Shown in pieces: positions 37,120 through 49,554 of a DNA stretch of 64,000 nt; positions within the stretch are counted from its first letter, which is position 1, and each line of letters starts with the position of its first letter. The notes beneath the pieces were generated by a model, which saw only the letters and a program-made list of their open reading frames with translations, was not told the origin of the DNA and ran no database searches. Source of the DNA: Selaginella moellendorffii (Eukaryota > Plantae > Lycopodiophyta); assembly GCF_000143415.4 (NCBI RefSeq), contig NW_003314288.1, positions 1,240,056 through 1,304,055 of the forward strand, in the 5' to 3' direction. Both the position numbers and the translations under genes were made by a program.

Positions 37120-37836
37120 ACTTATAGGCATCTTCTCTTTTAAGTTGGTGAAAGGTCTTAGGATACTTGGGGTTAAGCATCATTAGGTTTAAGTAATATT
37201 AAGATTGGGTAACTTTTTAGAAAGTTTAAATTCAAGAGTTTATATTTAGTATCAGGGTCTGACTCTAGTAGTTAGCTAGGTTAATCATATTATATATTAG
37301 TTAGCTAGGGGAATCACACCACATATTAAGATTAACATTTGGCAGTCTAGTATAGGATATGCTAGACTCAAGGGGTAGGGTCTAATTCTATTACATAGCT
37401 AGAGAAATCATTTTATATATTGAGATTAATATTAGTATAGGTTATGTTAAACTTGAGGGTAAGGTGTCAAAAAAGTAAAGTAATTGTGACTTTTAGCTTT
37501 CATTTATGGGGGCATTAACTTGGCCACCTTCCAGTCACCATGGTCCTTCTTTTAAGGTCTACCAAACTTTGGTTCTCCCTCTAGATCCACCATATTGAAT
37601 ATTCCTTTAGAATATTTTTGCCCCACTCATCAGGCACAAGAATCGAATAAGGCTCTGATACCAATGTTAGGATCCTATCCCTTACACCCTAAGCCAAGTA
37701 GGGAAGTGTGGTGAATTGTAAGCAACTATAGAGAACAACTTGAGAAACTATTTATACAATTAAAAATTTTAAGATACTTTGGGTTAATTATTCTTGACTT
37801 TGAACCTCCTAGGAAGTGCAAATTCAAGATCTTACA
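37120..37836 (+). mobile_element. Highly decayed Cassandra TRIM, interrupted by another LTR-element fragment (Met PBS at ~37652-37663)
   Basis: AT-shifted matches to the Cassandra LTR (GGTTAAGCATC...GGGTAACT...GAAAGT), the internal region (GGAATCACACCACAT) and a second LTR at 37717-37836. Confidence 0.6.
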
Positions 37837-38912
37837 AAAATCAAAGAAACACTTCACACTTTTAAAGGAATGAAAAAACTCCTAAAAAACAATGATAAAA
37901 CAGAGACTTTCTATGGCATTTATAACTAGGTAAATGCAATTAATTTGAAACTTTGGCAAAAGTAAATTAACCCTTGGAGTAGAGGAACATTCAACACCAA
38001 AACTACTCAAAGACTTTTTTAAAGAAATAAAAACAATATTCTTAATTTCACATACTTGCTCAATATCTAAATTAGTATGAAGAGGACTCCAACATTGGAT
38101 TGAGAATAAAAATAATAAGAGTTATAAATAATTGATATGCCAAAAAAAAAGAAATATTGTAAATAAGGAACATTAAAAGGTGGGTTAGGCCAAAAAATAA
38201 AAAAAGGTTGGGAAAGAGGAAAAGGCAAAAAAGAAAAGATCAAATAATAGATTGAAGGATTGATATTTATCATACAAATTTTTTAACTGATCTTTAAAGC
38301 TATGTCCATAATAATCAAGGTCCACATCATAAATAAAATCATAAACATAGTTATTTCATAACTTGATCCTCAAACATTCTTTAAAAATGGAATAACATCA
38401 TTTATAGCAATGTTATAATTATGTTTCACATGAACCAAAGATAACAAGGCACCAAGAACAAAAAAAATTATATAATGATATCCCATAAAAGCTAGAGATA
38501 ACAACACACTAAAGACAAGCACAATATTAATATGATTACACTCTATATTCCAAAAGCTCAATCTAACATAGAAGGGTCAAGAACTTTAAATGATATACTC
38601 TTTAATCTATGACAGTGTGGCATGGCATAAGAAAAGAATACAATGAAGATAAAAAAAAAAAAATCTAAACACAATAATAACTAAAAGTTTAGATCTGGCA
38701 AAAAACTAATATAGATTTAGAGAAAAAAAAACAATAAAACAAAATCAAAAGCATAATCCTAAACATTAAGTAAAGCCCATTACCTTTCTTTTCCACCAAT
38801 GTAAATGCTTGGGATATAAGAATAAATGTATTAATTAAGAAGGAATAGACTAGATTCAGTTACAAATACATATATACATACAAATTCTCTTTAATCCAAA
38901 AAGACCTTCGTA

Positions 38913-41315
38913 TCAACCTGTGGAGCCTTGGTAAATGTTAGCCATCAATGAGTAGGCAGAGGCATCGCCACCATCGCCCATCTCCACCAGTGCCTCAAAT
39001 GCAAGCTTTCCCACACCACTGCTTCCCCACTTTCTACACGAGCTCATGAGAGACTTCCACGCTGCTGGGCTTGCTCTCACAGGCATGATCCTGAGAATCT
39101 GGATTGCCGCATCTAACTCGTTGGCCCGGCCGAGAAGATCGATCAAACAAGTATAGTGGTCGATGCCTGGAGCCAGGCCAAACTCCCGAGTCATCCTCTC
39201 GAAGTAGAGCTTGCCTCTGGCCACGAGACCTCCATGGCTGCAAGCCGTGAGAAGGCAAACGAAGGTGATGGCATCGGGCTTGCAGCCCTCGTCTAGCATG
39301 CTTGCAAAGAGATGGAAGACGTCGTTGGTGTCTCCCTGGCGACTGGAACCGGCAATGATCGTGTTCCAGGCGACCACATCTTTGCTTGCCAGTGACTCGA
39401 AGATCTGGAGGGTGTGGAGCATGCTTCCACATTTCCCATACACGTCCATGAGTGAGTTTGCAAGGATACCGTTGTTCTCCATTCCACACCGGCATATATC
39501 GCCATGGATTGGAGCTAGAGCTGCCAGGCTTCCACACGACTTGAGAGCGGCGACGAAGGTCTGTGCTCCAGGCTCCCACTCTCTCATCTCCAATCTCATC
39601 ACCGAGAAGAGCTCCAGAGCGAGAGAGAACTCCCCGTTTTCAGCATAGCCGAGGAGGAGTGCTGTCCAGGAGACGACGTTGTGGCAAGGCATGGTGTCGA
39701 AAACCAAGCGAGCATCATCCAAAACACTCCCACACTTTGCGTAGACGTCCACCAGCGTGTTGGCCAGGAAGGTTTCGGTGTCAAGCCGGGCTTCCAGTGC
39801 TCGAGAGTGCACCAGCATCGCGTTTTCAAGACTTTGAAGCTTGACTAGCTTCCCATCGATCTTTCGGCCAGCTTCTTTCATCGCAAGACTGGCACAGGCG
39901 GCGAGAGCAGCGAGAAAACTGGGTGTATCGGCACTGCATCCTTCGTCTTGCATCCGAAAGAAGAGACTTAGGCTGGTTTCTTCCAGGCCTTTCTCGGTGT
40001 AGCCAAGGATGAGGGACGTCCACAGCACAACATCTCGACGAGGAGCACTGTCAAAAACTTGGCGAGCTTCTTCCAAGCTCCCACACTTGGCGTACACGTC
40101 TACCAGGCGGCTGGCCACGAACAAGTCCGAGTCGTAGCAAAGGCTCGACGCTTGCGAATGGATCACTCTTGCTTTCTCCAAAGAAGCGATCTTCACGAGC
40201 TTTCCATCGGCTTCCCGGGCTTGTTCTCTGGCGGCCACGCTCGTCAAGGCCTTGAGAGCGGCGACGAAGACGAGCTTGTCTGGCTGGAAGTTTCTCATCT
40301 GGTCGAACAGTGCCAAAGCTAGCTCTCCCTGTCCACTGTCTGTATACCCGAGCATCAAAGAAGTCCAAGAAGCCAAGCTATGGCACGGCATCCCATCAAA
40401 GACCCTCCTGGAATCCACCATGCTTCCACACTTTCCATACATGTCGATCAGACTGTTCCTCACCCGGACGTCACAGTCGAATCCAAGACTCGCAGCTCGA
40501 GCATGCACGTCCCTGCCTCTTTCCAGAGCTCTCCATCTCACAAAGCTCCCATCTCCGGCTAGAGTTCTCTCCTCCCTGGCTGCCAAGCTGCCGCAAGCGT
40601 TTAACGCAGTCACGAAAGTCACAGCGTCGGCTTCCATGTCTCGAGCTTCCATCCGTGCAAGCAACTCCAAAGCCATCTCCTCCTGCTTGTTCTCGACATA
40701 CCCGGCCATGAGCGACGTCCAAGAGACCTTGTCCGGGTGCTTGATCCCCTCGAAAACCCTGCGCGATTCCTCCAGGCTCCCACACTTGATATACATGGCG
40801 ATCAAGCTGCTAGTCACGAAACCATCAGTGTCAAACCCACACTCGGAAGCTTTCGAGTGAAGCGCCATACCTTTGTGGAGCGAGCTCGGTTTCACGAGCT
40901 TTCCATGGACGCGCTGGGCCTCCTCCTTGGCAGCGACGCTGGAGCAAGCCTTGAGCGCCGCAACGAGAGCTCGAGCGTTGGGCTGGCAGCCGTGGGCCTG
41001 CATTTCCTCAAAGAGCTCCAGGGCCGTGTCGCCATAGCCACTGTCCGTGTAGCCCAGCATCAAAGCCGTCCAGGAGACGATACCGCGGTGGGGCATCTTG
41101 TCGAAGACGGCGCGAGCCTCGGCCATGGCGCCACACTTGGAGTACATGCTGATGAGCGTGTTGGCCACGAATGGAATGGAGTCGTCCCCGGGGATGGCGG
41201 CATCGGAGTGGAGGATCCGACCTCTTTCCAAATCCCTGGAGCTGCCGCAAGATTTCAGTGCCGCCACGAGATGGCCGAGGCTACTCACCCCCGATTTTGG
41301 CTGCTGCAAATGCAT
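38913..41315 (-). CDS. PLS-class pentatricopeptide repeat protein with E domain (800 aa, intronless, no DYW)
   Basis: Repeated SW(T/N)xLxxGY, LxAC and MYxKCG motifs. C-terminal ACSHGGLV...HYTCLIDLLGRA...AYSLMANIY. Confidence 0.95.
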   Translation of the reverse strand: MHLQQPKSGVSSLGHLVAALKSCGSSRDLERGRILHSDAAIPGDDSIPFVANTLISMYSKCGAMAEARAVFDKMPHRGIVSWTALMLGYTDSGYGDTALELFEEMQAHGCQPNARALVAALKACSSVAAKEEAQRVHGKLVKPSSLHKGMALHSKASECGFDTDGFVTSSLIAMYIKCGSLEESRRVFEGIKHPDKVSWTSLMAGYVENKQEEMALELLARMEARDMEADAVTFVTALNACGSLAAREERTLAGDGSFVRWRALERGRDVHARAASLGFDCDVRVRNSLIDMYGKCGSMVDSRRVFDGMPCHSLASWTSLMLGYTDSGQGELALALFDQMRNFQPDKLVFVAALKALTSVAAREQAREADGKLVKIASLEKARVIHSQASSLCYDSDLFVASRLVDVYAKCGSLEEARQVFDSAPRRDVVLWTSLILGYTEKGLEETSLSLFFRMQDEGCSADTPSFLAALAACASLAMKEAGRKIDGKLVKLQSLENAMLVHSRALEARLDTETFLANTLVDVYAKCGSVLDDARLVFDTMPCHNVVSWTALLLGYAENGEFSLALELFSVMRLEMREWEPGAQTFVAALKSCGSLAALAPIHGDICRCGMENNGILANSLMDVYGKCGSMLHTLQIFESLASKDVVAWNTIIAGSSRQGDTNDVFHLFASMLDEGCKPDAITFVCLLTACSHGGLVARGKLYFERMTREFGLAPGIDHYTCLIDLLGRANELDAAIQILRIMPVRASPAAWKSLMSSCRKWGSSGVGKLAFEALVEMGDGGDASAYSLMANIYQGSTG

Positions 41316-41461
41316 TGTCCGCGACTCAAGCTCTACCTAGAACCCTAAAATCTCTTTTTTCCCGCTGGAAGATACACCGCCTTTCGGGGAGAATATTCAT
41401 CCGAGAATATTCTCTTTCCCGAACACTCAAGAACCAGGGCAAGAGTGTTTTGGTTCGTTTG

Positions 41462-42818
<1,357 letters not shown>

Positions 42819-43205
42819 CTTTCAGCCTCTTTTCTTCGGTGGATCGATCGAGCCATAGAGAAGTTGCAAAGTAGAGCCACTAGAGAGAAAATAAGAACAG
42901 TGGATGTTCTTCGCAGTTTTGGAATATACGGTGTCGTACGTGGCTGCATTCTGTTGGACTACGTGTGCCGTTCACACACCACACTTAATGCGGATAGTTC
43001 GCTGTCCACGTGGCAAAGTGCAATAGGCTGTATTTCTAAAGGCGATAGGGCGATAGTTTTGCTGGGGAGAGGAGAGAGAGAGAGAGAGAGAGAGAGCGAG
43101 GAGGGCTCGATTTTGTTCTTCCTGGGCGATCGATCGATCCCTGGAAAGCTCTTTGGCGCAGCGGCGCCGGTCTTCGGCGCATGGATTAGCACAGATCGCT
43201 CCGCA

Positions 43206-44561
43206 ATGAGGTTCGTAGCTTGTTCTAGTTGTCGATTGGAGACTGGAGTCGTTGCTTCGCAGAAATCTGTGTCAAATTCCCCAGGAGTAGCCGCAGGAGG
43301 AAGCAACAGGGTAGGATTGATAGGGAGTGTAGTAGTGTGTAGTAGCCAGAATCGTCATGGGGGTTTTCTTGGGTGGAGCATCAGGGCAAAGCGTGGTGCT
43401 TCTCATTCTTCCGGTTCTCACAAGGTCTTCATTCTAGATTCTTCGTCATCGTCGCTTGCCCGGCATAGATCGCATCGACGGGCTGGCAAATGCAATGCAA
43501 TCTTGGAAGACCAAGGGTCGAGCGCTTCGTTTGGCACGGGAATTTGGAATAGCTTCTCCGAGTTCTTCCGGATAGTGATCCAGCAGGAGGAGAGCCCGCT
43601 CTTGGGCGAGAGTTCTTCGACGTCAGGCATCCATCTCCACAAGAGTTTGAGCGAGCTGCCTTTGATCCACGTCTGCCCGACGTCCATCCCGGCTGCCCAC
43701 GACCTCGACTCGGCGGACGAGGTGTTGAGCCAGCTTCTCTACGCGGGCTTCGGCAGGATCGGCTCCACTTTGGACGGTTTGCTCGCCGTGATCTTCCCCT
43801 CGCTCGGCGATCCCAGCGGCGACATGGCGGACGTGAAGATGGATCCAGTCGCGGAGCTGTGCGCTCCGTCCAGCCGCTGCGTCACGGCCGAGGATTTCTC
43901 CGGCTCGCTCGACCAGTTCTACGCATGGCTCAAGGAGAGGCTCCCGCAGGGTGGCGCTCAGTTGGATCTCTGGGGAACAGCTCCAGGAACCAAGCGCGTC
44001 GCCAACTTATGGCGAGAGCTCCTGGAGGGCGAGATCTCCCTCGAGGACTCGCGCCCGCCCAAGCGGACTGTTCACGTCGCGAGCGTCCAGATCGTGAACG
44101 AGAGCGGCGAGATGCTGGTGGAAGCGTACCAGGAGATGGCGGACGGGAGGATCCGGCCCAGGAACCGGCCACTCTCGGAGAAGATGCGGCCCGGCGAGAG
44201 CGTGGAGGAGGCGTGCTTGCGCGGGATCTCGGAGGAGCTGGGCTGCGCGATCGATCAGGTGGCGCTGCTGCGCGAGAGCTACCAGAGAGTGGAGGAGGAG
44301 CGGGAGTCCTTCTCCTATCCGGGGCTCTCGACCAGGTACGTGATCCATACGATCACCGCGCATGTCAAGCAGCTCCCTCAAACGGACTTTGACACGGAGG
44401 AGGACGAGGATGGGAATGGCGGTGGCGGCGGCAGCGGTGGCGGTGGCGGAGCGGCGGTGTTGGTGGTCGCCAGTGGAAGAACCGCGACTGCTACCAGCTG
44501 CCTGGGCGGCGCGGTGGGCGTGAGGAAACATTTTTGGAAGTGGGTACAACAAGCTCCATAG
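43206..44561 (+). CDS. Uncharacterised plant protein with a C-terminal Nudix-like domain
   Basis: Intronless ORF. WGTAPGTKRVANLWRELLEGE and the Nudix-box-like SEKMRPGESVEEACLRGISEELG. Start codon uncertain. Confidence 0.75.
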   Translation: MRFVACSSCRLETGVVASQKSVSNSPGVAAGGSNRVGLIGSVVVCSSQNRHGGFLGWSIRAKRGASHSSGSHKVFILDSSSSSLARHRSHRRAGKCNAILEDQGSSASFGTGIWNSFSEFFRIVIQQEESPLLGESSSTSGIHLHKSLSELPLIHVCPTSIPAAHDLDSADEVLSQLLYAGFGRIGSTLDGLLAVIFPSLGDPSGDMADVKMDPVAELCAPSSRCVTAEDFSGSLDQFYAWLKERLPQGGAQLDLWGTAPGTKRVANLWRELLEGEISLEDSRPPKRTVHVASVQIVNESGEMLVEAYQEMADGRIRPRNRPLSEKMRPGESVEEACLRGISEELGCAIDQVALLRESYQRVEEERESFSYPGLSTRYVIHTITAHVKQLPQTDFDTEEDEDGNGGGGGSGGGGGAAVLVVASGRTATATSCLGGAVGVRKHFWKWVQQAP

Positions 44562-45206
44562 CATAAAAATCATGGAATTCCCGCGAAATAACTTCGTAGA
44601 TATAATGATCATTTATCTCTTCCATGGTTTAGATTTTATTTGATAAAGGTCATCAAGGGCGTGACGTGAGGGAATATGTTCGGGAATAATCTTGTGAGAG
44701 GGATGCTGACGCCGTGTCAGCAGACAGTGGTGCCAGCTCAGCTGGCCAGACATGTCACACGAATGATGTCCCCCTCAACTGCATTTTAAGATGATTGGTT
44801 TCTAGCCAAAGTATCGCTACGCTTGATTTAGTAGAGCGTGCTAAGCCCAGACTAAACAAATATCTATATTTGAATGGACGCGCCGACGTGGGGTTCGAAT
44901 CCTGCCAACACAAAATCTTGAAACGAAGCGCGTTAAAAAAGTGTTTTTTCTTTTAATCTTTTCAAACTCTCTCCCTGGCTCGACGCTCGACGCTCTCTGT
45001 GAGTTCTTGGTCCTTTGTTCTTTCTTTCTTCTCGCGAGAGAGAGAGAGAGAGAGGGAGGGAGAGAGGAGGCGCCGCGCCACTGGCGTGCTGCTCTTGGGA
45101 GGAGGGATTCGGCCCATTGGGGATGGAGGCGGCGAGCATTCCAGCGGATTGGCGGTGGATTCTTTGATCGAGGATCTTGGAGGTGAGGGAAGAAAGAGCT
45201 CCGGCT

Positions 45207-46190
45207 ATGGCGTCCGTTGGAGCGCTTGGAATCGGGCTTAGCATTGTCTTTGGCGTCTTTCTTGTGCTGCTACTGGCGGAGCTCTACTATCTCCTCTTCT
45301 GGAAGCGCAGATCTCTCATTGCGAGCTCGCGCGTCACGAGCGCCAGCGTCGCGCCGAATGATCCTTCTCGACCAGAGGTGGTTATGGGGGAAGGAGGAGG
45401 AGGAGGAGGATCGACCGAGACGGCGTTCGTGGCCAAGATGTTCGAGAGCCGCGGGCTTGGATCGCAGATTGGGATGATGCTGGATGGGGGCGAGTGTGTT
45501 CTTGCGCCGCCCAGGCTGCTCTTCACGATCAAGGAGGAGGCGCGGGAGGATCTCGTGGACTCCGCCGAGGACGCGCTCAAATCCTCGTCCATCCGGCTCA
45601 AGCGCGGCTGTGCCGGGCACGTCGTGGTGGAGGTGATCCAGCCCGACGTTCCGGATGTCCGCGAGCGCGAGAGAGGGCTTCTCCACGTTTGCTCCTCGTC
45701 GTCGTGCGAGGAATCTGGGAGCTCCTCCTCGTCTGGGGCATCGGAAGATCAGGACTTGGGCGATCATCGCCCAGCAGCGGCGGTGACAGAGATTTCTCTC
45801 GCGGTGGATCGTCCCCCACTCCCGGCAGCCGCGGTGGTGGATGTGATCGAGGAAGAGGAAGAGATGTCCTCCGCGACGCCATTCGTGACGCCGCCATCGT
45901 CTCCAGCATTCTCCACGCCGCCCTCGTCGCCCGATCGCCCCCAGATATGGGCGAGGCCACCGCCACCACCGCGGCCGCCGCGATTGTCGTACGAATCGCC
46001 GCCATCGCCACCGCTGCTGCCAATGCCGGTGCCTGTGTCGAGCGACGCTCCTCCCGCGGCAATGACGCCATTGTCAGTGTCCTCTTCCTCGCCGGGCAGG
46101 AGGAGCAGCAGCAGAGCCACCGCCAGCGCTTGCAGCAGGGATTCCTTCTCGTCCGCCGCGGCGATGCGATCGTCCCGGCAATCCCCATGA
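45207..46190 (+). CDS. Single-pass membrane, Pro/Ser-rich plant protein
   Basis: N-terminal GIGLSIVFGVFLVLLLAELYYLLFWKRR anchor, then PPRLLFTIKEEAREDL and TPFVTPPSSPAFSTPP. Confidence 0.8.
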   Translation: MASVGALGIGLSIVFGVFLVLLLAELYYLLFWKRRSLIASSRVTSASVAPNDPSRPEVVMGEGGGGGGSTETAFVAKMFESRGLGSQIGMMLDGGECVLAPPRLLFTIKEEAREDLVDSAEDALKSSSIRLKRGCAGHVVVEVIQPDVPDVRERERGLLHVCSSSSCEESGSSSSSGASEDQDLGDHRPAAAVTEISLAVDRPPLPAAAVVDVIEEEEEMSSATPFVTPPSSPAFSTPPSSPDRPQIWARPPPPPRPPRLSYESPPSPPLLPMPVPVSSDAPPAAMTPLSVSSSSPGRRSSSRATASACSRDSFSSAAAMRSSRQSP

Positions 46191-46699
46191 GCGATCGATC
46201 GCCAGTGCCGGCCTGCTCGATCGATTCGATCGAGGGTAGGGAGGGATCGCTCCACACATCCATTACAACAGTGATCGATTTAGACGAGAAGGGAAGGAAT
46301 GACCGATCTGGACGAGAAGGAGGAATCTCGGCGATTTGTTTGACGTGATTGGTCTTGACAATGTTGGTTGTTTTTCTTCGCAAAAGGAGAAATAGCATAG
46401 CTACTCTACGAGGCGAGCGAGCTTTATAGTAGCTAGTGTACAGATTACTACTAGTACTATACCTAGGAAAGACGCTCTTTACGTTAATTCCTCTCTTGTT
46501 CCCTGGGCACTCTCCCTCCCCTGGTTGATCCTCGCATAGGACAAAATCATGTTGTCGCCTGTCCAGCTACAGTCAACTCTAGTCAGTCTTTAGTCAACTC
46601 TAGTAAACGATATCTCTAAAAATAACCGTTAGGAGTCAAGTCAATCAGTCCATATAAGTCAAATCTAGTCAATCCTACTAGTCAACGGACACTGAATGG

Positions 46700-48202
46700 T
46701 CAACGCGCGAGCTTTCTAATGGACGAGACGGTTCCCACAATGCCCAGCACCACACCGGCCACGCCGAATATCACAGTCAACGTGAGCTCGTGCCGGGGTG
46801 CCCCCCGGGCACCGAAGATCTTCACGAAAAAGATGGCTGGGAGGATGACGCAGGTGGTAACGCTGATGCCCGACCCGATCAACGCTACCGTCGTCTCGAA
46901 CGCCGGGACCGCCAGCGCCAGCAGCAGCACCACCGCCATGATCGCGCTCCTCACCGAGACGCTGCTCCAGCTCCGCCAGGCTCCGCCACCGCCACCGCCG
47001 CCGCCGGAGAGCGATGGTGGCGACGGAATGAGAGATTCCATGTGTACCGCCAGGGTATTGACGACGAGCGCGTACTTGGTGAGAGGGATGAGCACCATCA
47101 GGAACAGCACCAGCTTGGCCACCGCGAGCTCCTTGGGCAGGCTGAGAGTCACCTGGGACTGGATCGAGGAGCCAAACATGGTGGCGCCAGCGATCGCCAC
47201 CACCGCGTAGATCAGCGTCGCGATGGAGAAGCTTAGAGCAGCCACCTGCGAGATGAGACGATCAAATGGTTCTTTAGAACTTTTCCCGATCAATGGAGAG
47301 CTTCTAAAGAGAAAGTTCGTCACCTTTGGGTACTGCGATGGATCTTTCATGGAGCTGTAGATCCTGGGAAGGATCACGTGTCCCGAGTAGCAAAATGCGT
47401 AGAGGCCAGCGACTTCGGCGAGCTTTGTCGGATTCACGAGCGCGATCGAGTGGTGGAATCCAATCCCGTCGACTATCCCGGCCCAGAGAACTCCCAGGAC
47501 GATGATCAAGTAAGTTGCGATTCCACCCAGCGAGACATACGAGAGCCAGCTCAAGTCTCTCACCCAGATGATCGGAAGAACCGCGAGCACGCCGGCGATG
47601 GGGAGGAACTGCGTAGGCGCGAGCTCCAGCCACGGGAGATGGACACCTGCGTGTGGGAAGATCCTGACTAAGTTGTCACGCAACGAGATTGTGAAGCCCA
47701 CCAGCGTTCCCAGGATCTCCAAGTCAACGATCGCGGCGACGAAGATCCGCCCGGTTCTTCCGAACGCCAGAGCTCCGACTTGCTGGAAGGTGGATGTTCC
47801 AGGTTTGCTTCCAAGGCATCGGGCGAGGATGTAGGCCGTGTAGCAAAAGATTGCGCCGCACGAGAAGAGGACGATCAGGCCGAGCCATCCGCCATTGTGG
47901 AGAGAGTATGGACACGAGAGCATCCCCAGACCTGGAAGAAGCAAGCGATTAATCGAAGAGAGACAGGAGAAATTCGAGAAGAGGAGGAGGAACTTTTGGA
48001 ATTTCTCCGGGAAAAGGAAGAGCAGAGAGCAATCGAGAAGAGCTAGCAATCGAGGAAGGAAGGAGCTATAATTACCAACGAGAGTTCCTACGTTGTTGAA
48101 AAGCGCTTGGAAGAAGGAGCTTCGTCCTTGTTCTTCTTGCAATTCATCGCCATGCTCGAGATCTTGCGGGACGAGGAGGCGCTCCTTCGACCCACATTCC
48201 AT
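46700..48202 (-). CDS. AVT1-like (AAAP family) amino acid transporter, 3 exons
   Basis: SFFQALFN, GMLSCPYSL...GGWLGL and GLYAFCYSGHVILP; many TM helices. Introns 48075-47932 and 47323-47246. Confidence 0.9.
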   Translation of the reverse strand: MECGSKERLLVPQDLEHGDELQEEQGRSSFFQALFNNVGTLVGNYSSFLPRLLALLDCSLLFLFPEKFQKFLLLFSNFSCLSSINRLLLPGLGMLSCPYSLHNGGWLGLIVLFSCGAIFCYTAYILARCLGSKPGTSTFQQVGALAFGRTGRIFVAAIVDLEILGTLVGFTISLRDNLVRIFPHAGVHLPWLELAPTQFLPIAGVLAVLPIIWVRDLSWLSYVSLGGIATYLIIVLGVLWAGIVDGIGFHHSIALVNPTKLAEVAGLYAFCYSGHVILPRIYSSMKDPSQYPKVTNFLFRSSPLIGKSSKEPFDRLISQVAALSFSIATLIYAVVAIAGATMFGSSIQSQVTLSLPKELAVAKLVLFLMVLIPLTKYALVVNTLAVHMESLIPSPPSLSGGGGGGGGAWRSWSSVSVRSAIMAVVLLLALAVPAFETTVALIGSGISVTTCVILPAIFFVKIFGARGAPRHELTLTVIFGVAGVVLGIVGTVSSIRKLAR

Positions 48203-48285
48203 AATTTCTCTTCTCAGAGCCTATGCCCTAATTCCATGGCAAAATATTTAGCTCTGGCCCCATTCTAGGGCTTGGCGAGGCGGAC

Positions 48286-49513
48286 ATGGCGAGCGCGCCC
48301 AGCGATGGAGCTCCTCCTCCCGCGACACAGCAATCCAGCGGCGGAATCCCATCATCCGCAGCTCCAGCAACGGTAGGATCGGCTGCCTCGGCGTCAGCGC
48401 CATCGCCGGCTGCCTCTGGATCAGGGCCGCCGCCTGGATCTCAGCTCCCAGTCGCGACGCAATCGGCCGTTCCGATCCCTCAGGCGGCCACAACAGTGGG
48501 GGGACTGGGATCGCCAGGATTGATGGCCGGGCAGCAGCAAAATCCCGCGGTGGGATCGCAGCCTCCAGGTCAGAATTTCTCGTCGCTCCAGCCCCAGCAG
48601 CAGCAGCAGCTCATCCAGAACGCGGTCTACCAGCAAAAGATGCGGCAGAGGGTGATGGTTCCACAGCAGCAGCAAGCTCCTCGCGGCGTGGCTGCTGGGA
48701 GGCCTTCCCAGGCGCCGGCGCCCACCAGCAACGTCTACTCGCAAGCGGTGTCGTCGCCCATCGGTGGTGGCGCCGCCGCCACCTCCATGCAGCAGCAGCT
48801 TGCGCAGAGGATAAGCTCGCAGCAAAGGCCGCAGCAGATGGCCGCGCAGAATGGGCAGACCATCCAGCAGCAGCAGCAAGCCAGCGCTCTCAGCGCCACC
48901 GCGATTCGATCTTCCATGTATCCCTCGCAGACCACCAACATGCAGCAGTACATGACGCAGCAGGGATTGCGGCATCCATCCATGCTCAATGGCCAGGCTT
49001 CAACAATGCAAGTAAGTTCTTCCATTTTTCTCTATTTAGTGTTCTTTCTTTCCTTTTTTTTTTCTCTTGTGTTTTTCCCGAATTCTCCCTCTGTTTTTTT
49101 TTTTCACTAGGTACTTTGGTAGTTCTTATTCTTTGCAAGTTTGTGATTCACTGCCTTAATATTGATCGTCCTGATTTGGAACTCTCTTATAGCAGGTGAG
49201 GCAAAAGCAAGCGCAAGCACAATTCCAGCCAGCAGGGATTCAGGGGCTGCACCAGATGATGAGTCCTCTCGGGAGACCCTCCGGAATGCTCCAAGCGCAA
49301 CGAGCACAAGGCAACGTACGTGCGCAGCAGCAGCAGCAACAACAGCCACAGCAGCAGCTAACTTCTCCTCAGGTAGATGCGAGTTTTTCCTTTACGGATG
49401 ATAACACACATCTTTGTTTTGATCATGGTCTTCAGAGGTTGCAATCCGGCCAGGTTGCAAGAGCGCCATCTCCTGCACAGCTTGCTTATCAGATGCAAAC
49501 GCCCCTGCAGCAG

Positions 49514-49554
<41 letters not shown>

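Noticed and set aside
38067-38561. Short hydrophobic ORFs
   Set aside because: Consequence of the A-rich composition; no homology recognised.
42864-43205. N-terminal extension of the 565-aa ORF
   Set aside because: Starts at a non-ATG codon and runs through a GA microsatellite typical of a 5' UTR.
45217-46398. Many long overlapping or antisense ORFs in GC-rich genes (also within both PPR genes, SAP and TAF12)
   Set aside because: Expected shadow ORFs of GC-rich coding sequence, with no recognisable motifs.
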